DNA from: Tannerella sp.
GTDB lineage: Bacteria > Bacteroidota > Bacteroidia > Bacteroidales > Tannerellaceae
Direction: 5' to 3'
DNA: 32,482 nt
Assembly: GCA_031275525.1 (NCBI GenBank)
Contig: JAISOP010000110.1
Location: 1 to 32,482 of the forward strand
The position numbers and the translations under genes were made by a program. The notes beneath the pieces were generated by a model. The model had not been told where the DNA came from, made no database searches, and worked only from the letters and a program-made list of their open reading frames with translations. Below are positions 22,041 to 30,150 of the stretch, piece by piece; within the stretch, counting starts at the first letter, position 1; each line of letters opens with the position of its first letter.

Positions 22041-22080
22041 TTCTCCCCCCTTTCCCTTTACCGGGAAAGGGGAGGGGGAA
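22041..22080. repeat. Pyrimidine-arm/purine-arm hairpin downstream of amtB
   Basis: TTCTCCCCCCTTTCCC-TTTACC-GGGAAAGGGGAGGGGGAA; no following U tract. Confidence 0.75.
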
Positions 22081-22084
22081 CGGT

Positions 22085-22364
22085 TAATCGGCTTACCGAA
22101 GCGCGGTAAGCCTGCTTACTTAGACGTGGAAAGCCTGCTTACCGAGGCATGGAAAGCCTGCTTCCTTAGACGTGGGAAGCCTGCTTCCTTAGACGTGGGA
22201 AGCCTGCTTCCTTAGACGTGGGAAGCCTGCTTCCTTAGGCGTGGGAAGCCTGCTTCTTCAGATGCAAGAAGCCTGCTTCTTCAGATGCAAGAAGCCTGCT
22301 TCTTCAGGCACAAGAAGCCTGCTTCTTTAGACGCAAGAAGCCTGCTTCTTTAGACGAGAGAATA
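22085..22364 (+). repeat. Tandem array of 23-bp units (11 complete plus degenerate ends), each a 21-nt hairpin plus a CT linker
   Basis: Invariant AAGCCTGCTT at 22108, 22131, 22154, 22177, 22200, 22223, 22246, 22269, 22292, 22315 and 22338, separated by related 13-mers. Confidence 0.97.
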
Positions 22365-22414
22365 ATAACAAACATAGTCAAACAACAAAAAGACAACGAA
22401 TAAATAGAAAGAAA

Positions 22415-23449
22415 ATGAAACTGTACACTCCGGCATATTATCAGCCCTCCCTGCCTCCCGAGGCTATGGAAGAGGCTATCAAGATGCTCAAACTTCTGTT
22501 CCAGGACGAGCTGGCGCGGACGCTGAACCTTAGACGGGTGACGGCGCCGCTGTTCGTCTTCTCCGGAACGGGGATCAACGACGACCTGAACGGGGTCGAA
22601 CGCGCCGTCTCCTTTCCCGTGCGAGACCTCAACGACCGGCAAGCCGAGATCGTTCACTCCCTCGCCAAGTGGAAACGCCTCAAACTGGGGCTTTACCAAA
22701 TCCCCGCCGGCAGCGGCCTTTATACCGACATGAACGCCATCCGAGCCGACGAGGAACTGGACAATATCCATTCCCTCTATGTCGATCAATGGGACTGGGA
22801 ACGCACCATCCGCGACGAAGACCGCAACGTGGCCTTCCTGCGCTCCGTGGTGGAGGACATCTACGCCGTGGTCAAAACCGTCGAACAGCGTACCACCGCC
22901 CTCCTGCCCGGCGCCAAGCCGCGCCTGCCCGAGCGCATCACCTTTATCCATTCCGAAGACCTGCTGGCCCAATACCCCGAACTTTCGCCACGCCAACGCG
23001 AAACGAAAGCCGCTCGGCAATACGGCGCCATCTTCGTCATCGGCATCGGATCCGTCCTGGCCGACGGGGAGAAACACGACGGACGCGCGCCCGACTACGA
23101 CGACTGGTCCACGCCGACCGACGACACCCACCGCGGCCTCAATGGGGACATCATCCTCTGGAACCCCCTGCTCGACTGCGCCTTCGAAATATCCTCGATG
23201 GGCATCCGCGTCGATCCGCCCGCCCTCCTGCGACAACTGGAACTGGAGGGCTGTCCCGAACGTGCATCGCTCGACTTCCACCGCGCCCTCCTTCAGGGGC
23301 AAATCCCCCTCTCCATCGGAGGTGGCATCGGACAGTCGCGCCTCTGCATGTATTTCCTGCGCTGCGCACACATCGGCGAAGTCCAGGCCTCCCTCTGGCC
23401 CGAAGACATGATCCGACTCTGCCGCGACGCCAACATGATTCTCAAATAA
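22415..23449 (+). CDS. asnA: Aspartate--ammonia ligase (asparagine synthetase A)
   Basis: GINDDLNGVER, EIVHSLAKWKR, SLYVDQWDWE, RAPDYDDW and IGGGIGQSR motifs. Confidence 0.97.
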   Translation: MKLYTPAYYQPSLPPEAMEEAIKMLKLLFQDELARTLNLRRVTAPLFVFSGTGINDDLNGVERAVSFPVRDLNDRQAEIVHSLAKWKRLKLGLYQIPAGSGLYTDMNAIRADEELDNIHSLYVDQWDWERTIRDEDRNVAFLRSVVEDIYAVVKTVEQRTTALLPGAKPRLPERITFIHSEDLLAQYPELSPRQRETKAARQYGAIFVIGIGSVLADGEKHDGRAPDYDDWSTPTDDTHRGLNGDIILWNPLLDCAFEISSMGIRVDPPALLRQLELEGCPERASLDFHRALLQGQIPLSIGGGIGQSRLCMYFLRCAHIGEVQASLWPEDMIRLCRDANMILK

Positions 23450-23476
23450 ATCCATTTAATATTTCAATTTACAACT

Positions 23477-25672
23477 ATGAGTACATTAAGATTCAAAGCA
23501 GTAGAAGAAGCCTTCAAAAAGAAAGCGCTTCTGATTTCTTCCCCGTCCAGATATGTCTCCGACTTCTACGGGAAGTATGTATTTACCTCCTCCACGATGG
23601 CCAAGTACCTCTCGAAGGAGACGCTGAAAGCCATCCGCAACGCCGTCGAAAAGGGCGAAACGCTCGACCGGGTGATTGCGGACGACGTGGCCGCCGGCAT
23701 GAAAATGTGGGCCATGGAACTTGGCGCCACTCATTACACGCACTGGTTCCAACCCCTCACCGACGGCACGGCCCAGAAGCATGACTCCTTCATCGACTAC
23801 GCCGGCGCACCGGGCGAGAGCATCGTCGAAGAATTCTCCGGCAAGCTCCTCGCACAGCAGGAACCCGACGCCTCCAGCTTCCCCAGCGGCGGCATCCGCA
23901 GCACCTTCGAAGCCAGAGGTTATACGGCCTGGGACCCCTCCTCGCCCGCCTTTGTGATGGACGACACGCTCTGCATACCGACCATCTTCATCTCCTACAC
24001 CAGCGAGTCACTCGACCTCAAGGCGCCCCTCCTCAAGGCCCTCAACGTCGTTGACCGAGCCGCCACCGCCGTCTGTCACTACTTCGACCCCAACGTCCGG
24101 AAGGTCTATTCCTACCTCGGCTGGGAGCAGGAGTATTTCCTGATCGACGAAGGACTCTATGCCACCCGGCCCGACCTCCTGCTCACCGGACGGACGCTGC
24201 TCGGACACGAGTCCGCCAAGAACCAGCAGCTCGAGGACCACTACTTCGGCGCCATTCCCACACGGGTCACCTCCTTCATGAAGGACCTCGAGTTCGAAGG
24301 CTACAAGTACGGCATCCCCCTCAAGACCCGTCACAACGAAGTGGCGCCCAATCAGTTTGAACTGGCCCCCATCTTCAACGAGACCAACCTGGCCGTCGAT
24401 CAAAACCTGCTCATCATGTCCATCATGAAGAAGGTAGCCCGTCGCCACGGCTTCCGTATCCTCCTGCACGAGAAACCCTTTGCCGGCATCAACGGATCAG
24501 GCAAACACAACAACTGGTCCCTCGGCACCGACACCGGCGTCGGACTCCTCACCCCAGGCAAAACGCCCGAAGAGAACCTCCGCTTCGTCACCTTCCTGGT
24601 CAACATCCTGATGGCCGTTTACAAGCACAACGCGCTCCTCAAAGCCTCCATCAGCTCGGCCACCAACGCCCACCGCCTCGGAGCCAACGAAGCGCCCCCG
24701 GCCATCATCTCGGCCTTCCTCGGCACCCAGGTCTCCGAAATCCTCGACCTGCTCGAAAACAGCACCACCGAACAGGCCATCGTCGTGGACAGCCAAAAGC
24801 GCCTCAGCCTCGGCATCGCCCACATCCCCGACGTCCTGCTCGACAACACCGACCGCAACCGCACCTCCCCCTTTGCCTTCACCGGCAACCGGTTTGAGTT
24901 CCGCGCCGTCGGTTCCTCGGCCAACTGCTCCTCCGCCATGACCGCCCTCAACGCCGCCGTCGCCGCCCAGCTGATCGAGTTCAAGCAGACCGTGGACGGG
25001 AAAATCGCCCAGGGCGTCACCAAGGAAAAAGCCATCTTCGAGGTACTGAAGGAATACATCAAAATCTCGAAACCCATCCGTTTCGACGACAACAACTACA
25101 GCGAAGAATGGAAAGAAGAAGCTGCCCGGCGGGGTCTGGACTGCGAGACCAGCGTACCGAAGATCTTCAACGCCTACACCGCCCCCGACAGCATTCGTCT
25201 CTTCACCTCCACCGGTGTCCTGAGCGAGAAGGAGCTACACGCCCGCAACGAAGTCAAGTGGGAGACCTACACGAAGAAGATCCAGATCGAGGCACGTGTC
25301 CTGGGCGACCTGGCCATCAACCACATCATCCCCATAGCCACGCGCTACCAGTCCGTCCTGCTCGACAACCTGTACAAGATCAAGGCCGTCTATCCGTCCG
25401 AGAAAGCCGCCGAGCTATCCGGCCTGGACGCCTCCTTAGTAGAGGAAATATCCAAGCACGTAGCCGCCATCAAGGAAAACACGGATGCGATGATCGAAGC
25501 CCGCAAGGTAGCCAACCGGATCGAGTGCGTTTACGAAAAGGCCCTGGCCTACCACGACACGGTATTACCCTACTTCGACGTCATCCGTTACCACGCCGAC
25601 AAGCTCGAGCTTATAGTGGACGACGAAATGTGGACGTTACCCAAGTATAGAGAGTTGCTATTTATTCGATAA
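23477..25672 (+). CDS. glnN: Glutamine synthetase type III
   Basis: 731 aa; HYTHWFQPLT, EPDASSFP, GWEQEYF, HNEVAPNQFE, HEKPFAGINGSGKHNNWS and FEFRAVGS motifs. Confidence 0.95.
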   Translation: MSTLRFKAVEEAFKKKALLISSPSRYVSDFYGKYVFTSSTMAKYLSKETLKAIRNAVEKGETLDRVIADDVAAGMKMWAMELGATHYTHWFQPLTDGTAQKHDSFIDYAGAPGESIVEEFSGKLLAQQEPDASSFPSGGIRSTFEARGYTAWDPSSPAFVMDDTLCIPTIFISYTSESLDLKAPLLKALNVVDRAATAVCHYFDPNVRKVYSYLGWEQEYFLIDEGLYATRPDLLLTGRTLLGHESAKNQQLEDHYFGAIPTRVTSFMKDLEFEGYKYGIPLKTRHNEVAPNQFELAPIFNETNLAVDQNLLIMSIMKKVARRHGFRILLHEKPFAGINGSGKHNNWSLGTDTGVGLLTPGKTPEENLRFVTFLVNILMAVYKHNALLKASISSATNAHRLGANEAPPAIISAFLGTQVSEILDLLENSTTEQAIVVDSQKRLSLGIAHIPDVLLDNTDRNRTSPFAFTGNRFEFRAVGSSANCSSAMTALNAAVAAQLIEFKQTVDGKIAQGVTKEKAIFEVLKEYIKISKPIRFDDNNYSEEWKEEAARRGLDCETSVPKIFNAYTAPDSIRLFTSTGVLSEKELHARNEVKWETYTKKIQIEARVLGDLAINHIIPIATRYQSVLLDNLYKIKAVYPSEKAAELSGLDASLVEEISKHVAAIKENTDAMIEARKVANRIECVYEKALAYHDTVLPYFDVIRYHADKLELIVDDEMWTLPKYRELLFIR

Positions 25673-25700
25673 ATAGTTGTTTTTATGTTATGTTTGATTG

Positions 25701-25732
25701 AAGGGCGCGTCGTGAGACGCGCCCTTTTTTTT
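25701..25732 (+). terminator. Intrinsic terminator after the glutamine synthetase gene
   Basis: GGGCGCGTC-GTGA-GACGCGCCC followed by T8. Confidence 0.92.
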
Positions 25733-25770
25733 ATAGGCTATGGATTGCCTGTCAATCTAAATCTACTCCC

Positions 25771-25815
25771 AAGTCCCAAAAGTCCCCTAAGTCCCAAAAA
25801 TCCTATAGGCCCTAT
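25771..25815. repeat. Degenerate 9-bp tandem repeat (5 copies) between convergent terminators
   Basis: AAGTCCCAA AAGTCCCCT AAGTCCCAA AAATCCTAT AGGCCCTAT. Confidence 0.7.
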
Positions 25816-25831
25816 ACCCCCCCCTCTAAAT

Positions 25832-25862
25832 AAAAAAAGCGCCTCCCCGTTAAGGGAGGCGC
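25832..25862 (-). terminator. Intrinsic terminator after the S-layer-like genes
   Basis: Minus strand GCGCCTCCC-TTAACG-GGGAGGCGC followed by T7. Confidence 0.9.
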
Positions 25863-25900
25863 CTTCTTTAAGATGAATATCGAAAACGATTATTCAATCA

Positions 25901-28900
25901 TCACTTCACCTGTGCTTTTACAGCAGGCTCACCTTCCACGCTTACGATCACGATACCCGTTATCGGGACCTGAACAGTCGCATTATCGGATGCCAACACT
26001 GTAGTTGCAACAGCCTGACCCAAGATATTGTTGATTACAACCTTCTTGCCGGCGGCATTCAAAATGGATACCGAACCCGTATTACCGGTTACGGTAACGG
26101 GAGTTACAGCAGCCACTTCTTCGTTCGAAACCGGTAGCACATCACTGGCTTTTACCACGTTGAAGACATCGCCTTCACCAATATCCTTCACATGATCCAA
26201 TCCGCGGGAAATACACGGCACGCCATTCTGAACCTTCACCCAGCCACCATCACACGGACGCAGGATCGGGTTGTCCTCTCCTCTAACCGTTGTTTCCGAT
26301 TCAATCAGGAATTCTTCGTTGTTATGACGTTCTATCAAACGGAAGGAGAATACACAATCCTTATGCGTGTTGTCTCCCAGTTCAATTTTCTTTATACCAA
26401 GTTCCTTGCAATAGGCATCCAACTTGTCCACCTTCAATGCAAAGCCTGTATTATCGCTCGTTTTGTTAAAGAGCTTCTCATATTTATCACTCTTGATGGC
26501 CTTCCCTTCAGCATTGAAAAGATCGGCGGCATCGCCCAGGATATACAATGCATCGTTCGCATGAATCGCCGGTGTAAAGACCAGGCGCGACCAACCGTAA
26601 TCCCACAAATAATCAACATCTTCTACACCACCATCAAGGTGTGCCGAGTCGTACGCATTGATCAGGTAATGTGCGTACACATACCCAGGCAACGGAACCG
26701 TTGGTTCTCCTACATCATTGCAGCCCAGTGCTGCCTCAACGATATGCGGGCGAACAGCCAGCATATACTGCGGTTTGATGGGACCCGTACCACGATTAAT
26801 ATACGCCGTATCCACAAAGATAGCCGTACTAACGTTATACTTTTTCATTTCCACCTCATTCGCAAGCGTATTCACCAGGCCCAGATACTGTTTCCCGCCG
26901 TCAAACTGCTGCAGGAGACCTGCCTTCGGATTGGTCCAGTATCTCTTTTGATCCGTCAAATTACCTTGATTTTCGAACAACTGGTAATGCGGCTGCTCGT
27001 TAATCGTAAAGAATTTCACCGTATCGGGCGAATCATCCGGCGTACCTTCTTTTTCGGTGTTGAAGCGACGATAGATCGGATCCGCCAGGCCCGTTCTGCG
27101 GAACGTAGAAACACGCGTCTCATTATCCGCACGAACCTGCGCTTGCAATCTCGCCGTACCATCATCTACATTCACAGCAGCAACCAAAATACCCGGATTC
27201 CACTGGCCATTCTTATTCTTACCCAACTGCAGATTTTCAACCACTTTCTCGGCATACACTTCGCCATACATCCGTTTTAGATACGCCTCAAGCGCATCCA
27301 TCATATCATCTTCAGTATCATACGTGCCCGAAAGCGTCGATGTATAATCGAAAAGCTGAACCAGGGCAAAGTAAGTATCGCCTAAAGTCTCATTATAGTA
27401 CACATTTCTCAGATAGAAGGACGGAATGCCGAGAATATCCTTGAATTCGCCTGCCGAACCTAACCGGTAATTGTGATCGGTTCCGTTAACCACAGACAAA
27501 TTATTATAGCATACAAATTTGTATGGATCCTGATAGACCAGGCGATACGGCTGGCGTACCAACTGGACAAGCCCCGGTATCTGCGTCTTCCCCTTCGATC
27601 CTTGGACTGGGTATCCGTATTCAGCTAACTTACCGAACTTATCAGTAACCGTATCCAACTTGAAGTACAACCTCGTATAGAAGTTGTCTGATTGGGCATA
27701 GACCACCGAATCCGCTACATTGTCATCGTTTTTGCTCAGATAGCGATCATATTGGCCGAACTTGTAATTGAACGCATAGATAGCGGTATCCGCCACTTTC
27801 GAATCAATATAAGTATATCCCAGATACGGATCAGATATTACCAATTTCCCATCCTTATCTGTTACAGTAGTCAAATCGATAAAGGAGTGGGTATTCGTCC
27901 CTCTATCGGCAAATGACGTCGTCGATGAATTGGTTACCTCGCGGATATTCCAGTCGAAATCCGGATACAAATCCAGTTTCTTCTGATCTATAGTCAACTG
28001 AATATTCTCAAACCTCAACCACGGGAACTCACGGTTTACGAGCGTAATCTGCGACGAATTAGTATAGGCCGGATCCGTATAACGCTTTTCTACGATCCAC
28101 TGGAAGGACGGCAGAAGTTCGGGATGTACATCCGTATTCAAATTCGTCCACTCCGCAGAGTCGTGTACCGAATACAACGGCACATGCAGATACTGTCCTC
28201 CTTCACTGCGAATCAAGTACACACCGGGCGGAATCGACGCTCGGTTACCTATACCCCCGCCCGCTTTGCATTGATCATACAGGCCGAAATTAATTATTGT
28301 CGTTGTCCCATCATCTTGGCCTAATGTAACCACAGGTTCTTCGCTTGTCAGGAGGTTCTGTGATGTTACATACAATTTATGATAGAGATTAAACTCGTAA
28401 AAACCATCCCCATCAGTAGAATCCCCGGGCGTCAGGGGTACCGTAGCAGCTCGCCACCACTCGGTGGAGGTGGAAGCAAACAAATCCTGCCAGTTAGTGA
28501 AGGAGGAGTATGTCTTCCTCAACTCCGCAGAATCCAAAGCGAGGGTATCCGCAAAGAATGTAAAGCGAGCCAGTACAACCGAATCTGTCCAGTTCTTCGC
28601 TGTAGTCCCGTAATATGCAGCCAACTCCGGGAGAAACTCATACGGACTATAAGTGGCCTGAAAAGTATTGACCGCAATATCATCAGTTGCAGGATCATAA
28701 ATGAAACGCCAAGCATACTGACCGTATCCGGTTGAATCGCCGACCGCGTTATAGTAATTTCCTCTCTCTACGCTCCTTAGATTACCATCTAATCCCAACT
28801 TAAGGTGTTTTGTGTTACCCGTCGACACAGTCCAATACTCATTGAGCGCACGCAAATACTTAGCATTAGTCGCAGCATCCTCATGTATCCAAAGATAACC

Positions 28901-30037
28901 CAGAGAATCCAGATAGGAACCTCTCACAGTATCCACTCCGTATCCTGTGATAGAAGAAGAAGGAGAAAGAGCCGTACCATCCCACTCAGGAAATCCGGTA
29001 GGAAGAGTAATACGGAGACCATAAGACGCCGAATCAATATACACTGCTCTTAAATTGCCATCCAGGAAAGGATTATTTTCGTCGGAAATTCCCGGCATAG
29101 AGAAGTTCCTCTCGCTATTATCACCATCCGGATATGTTCCAAAGTGCGTATTAATATCCTCTGCATCCAGCAGGAACGGCGCCGGCGACCATATAGTAAA
29201 GAAAAGGAGACCCGGCACGTTACCGTAGTCTTCACCCGTACCATTCACAAAATTAGCAGGCACCTCTCTGACCACAACTTTAAACTCTCCTGCGCCTCCG
29301 GCATATGCCATAGTATCAATACAGAGTACCGCCACGATATCGGGCTTACCCGGAACTTCGGTGTACAGGGGTTTGCGCTGAGGCAACCCTTTATTCTTAT
29401 ACACAGCCGAGAATCCCCAGGAGGAAAGGCCACTGCGCGCATAGGCGGAATCCGCCGTTGCGTATTCTTTACGGTCATTACTACCCGTCTTCGCACTATC
29501 TACACTTACTTCCAGCAAAGCTTTTTGCTGCTTGTTGAGAAAATCAAACGACGCAACTTGCGCACCATTTTCTTCATACGGACGCGTTATGACACACCAC
29601 AACGATGCGGCGCTTTCTTCCGCTTTAGACTCCGTGGTAAACGGAGCAAACTGATCACCACCAATAAGAGTGCCTTTATGTGTCCGCGCGTAATTCAGCG
29701 TATCAATAAAAAGATGGTTATAATCTAACAGCCCGTTACGATTAATTGCCCTTCCTAAATAGAGTACGAGCGAATCATTCAAAATACCACCGCTAGCTTT
29801 CACTTCAACACCCGCACCATTCACCAACGCGATTGAGTCTATTTTCAGATGATAATAAGCGTTGGCTCCGTCCGCCAATGTTTTCACCGTATCGCCAAGA
29901 TACAACTTGTTCGCCGGCGAACTCCAAACGGCACCACCAGTATGACTACCAGGAGGAGTATTTTGCGCACTCGCCGAAAACGCTAAAGAGAACATCAAAA
30001 TAGCGCCAGTCAATAGCGTGAAAATTTTCTTGTTCAT
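25901..30037 (-). CDS. Large secreted surface protein with C-terminal DUF6383/T9SS-type sorting domain; Tannerella TfsA/TfsB-like S-layer glycoprotein
   Basis: Start placed at MNKKIFTLL (30037) with signal peptide ending ASA-Q; VDTAYINRGTGPIKPQY and GGWVKVQNGVP blocks; C-terminal PVSNE...INNILGQ...IVIVSVEGEPAVKAQVK; many D-(S/T)-(A/I/L/V/M/T) O-glycosylation sequons. Confidence 0.8.
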   Translation of the reverse strand: MNKKIFTLLTGAILMFSLAFSASAQNTPPGSHTGGAVWSSPANKLYLGDTVKTLADGANAYYHLKIDSIALVNGAGVEVKASGGILNDSLVLYLGRAINRNGLLDYNHLFIDTLNYARTHKGTLIGGDQFAPFTTESKAEESAASLWCVITRPYEENGAQVASFDFLNKQQKALLEVSVDSAKTGSNDRKEYATADSAYARSGLSSWGFSAVYKNKGLPQRKPLYTEVPGKPDIVAVLCIDTMAYAGGAGEFKVVVREVPANFVNGTGEDYGNVPGLLFFTIWSPAPFLLDAEDINTHFGTYPDGDNSERNFSMPGISDENNPFLDGNLRAVYIDSASYGLRITLPTGFPEWDGTALSPSSSITGYGVDTVRGSYLDSLGYLWIHEDAATNAKYLRALNEYWTVSTGNTKHLKLGLDGNLRSVERGNYYNAVGDSTGYGQYAWRFIYDPATDDIAVNTFQATYSPYEFLPELAAYYGTTAKNWTDSVVLARFTFFADTLALDSAELRKTYSSFTNWQDLFASTSTEWWRAATVPLTPGDSTDGDGFYEFNLYHKLYVTSQNLLTSEEPVVTLGQDDGTTTIINFGLYDQCKAGGGIGNRASIPPGVYLIRSEGGQYLHVPLYSVHDSAEWTNLNTDVHPELLPSFQWIVEKRYTDPAYTNSSQITLVNREFPWLRFENIQLTIDQKKLDLYPDFDWNIREVTNSSTTSFADRGTNTHSFIDLTTVTDKDGKLVISDPYLGYTYIDSKVADTAIYAFNYKFGQYDRYLSKNDDNVADSVVYAQSDNFYTRLYFKLDTVTDKFGKLAEYGYPVQGSKGKTQIPGLVQLVRQPYRLVYQDPYKFVCYNNLSVVNGTDHNYRLGSAGEFKDILGIPSFYLRNVYYNETLGDTYFALVQLFDYTSTLSGTYDTEDDMMDALEAYLKRMYGEVYAEKVVENLQLGKNKNGQWNPGILVAAVNVDDGTARLQAQVRADNETRVSTFRRTGLADPIYRRFNTEKEGTPDDSPDTVKFFTINEQPHYQLFENQGNLTDQKRYWTNPKAGLLQQFDGGKQYLGLVNTLANEVEMKKYNVSTAIFVDTAYINRGTGPIKPQYMLAVRPHIVEAALGCNDVGEPTVPLPGYVYAHYLINAYDSAHLDGGVEDVDYLWDYGWSRLVFTPAIHANDALYILGDAADLFNAEGKAIKSDKYEKLFNKTSDNTGFALKVDKLDAYCKELGIKKIELGDNTHKDCVFSFRLIERHNNEEFLIESETTVRGEDNPILRPCDGGWVKVQNGVPCISRGLDHVKDIGEGDVFNVVKASDVLPVSNEEVAAVTPVTVTGNTGSVSILNAAGKKVVINNILGQAVATTVLASDNATVQVPITGIVIVSVEGEPAVKAQVK

Positions 30038-30086
30038 AATCATATAATTTTTATGTTTCATATTCTGTTATTTCTATTCTATTCTT

Positions 30087-30137
30087 TGCCGGATGGCAGC
30101 GTACCTCCGCAAAGGAAGGTACACTTCCATCCCGGCA
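30087..30137. other. Long imperfect intergenic stem-loop between the two S-layer-like genes
   Basis: TGCCGGATGGCAGCGTACCT ... AGGTACACTTCCATCCCGGCA. Confidence 0.75.
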
Positions 30138-30150
30138 TTTATCGAATAAT

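Noticed and set aside
22085-22364. CRISPR array interpretation of the repeat
   Set aside because: The constant part is only 10 bp, the 13-bp intervening segments are related or identical rather than unique, and there are no cas genes in the window.
22091-22364. ANTAR or CsrA/Rsm target hairpins
   Set aside because: Loops are 7 nt without the ANTAR hexaloop A1/G4 pattern and without GGA in the loop.
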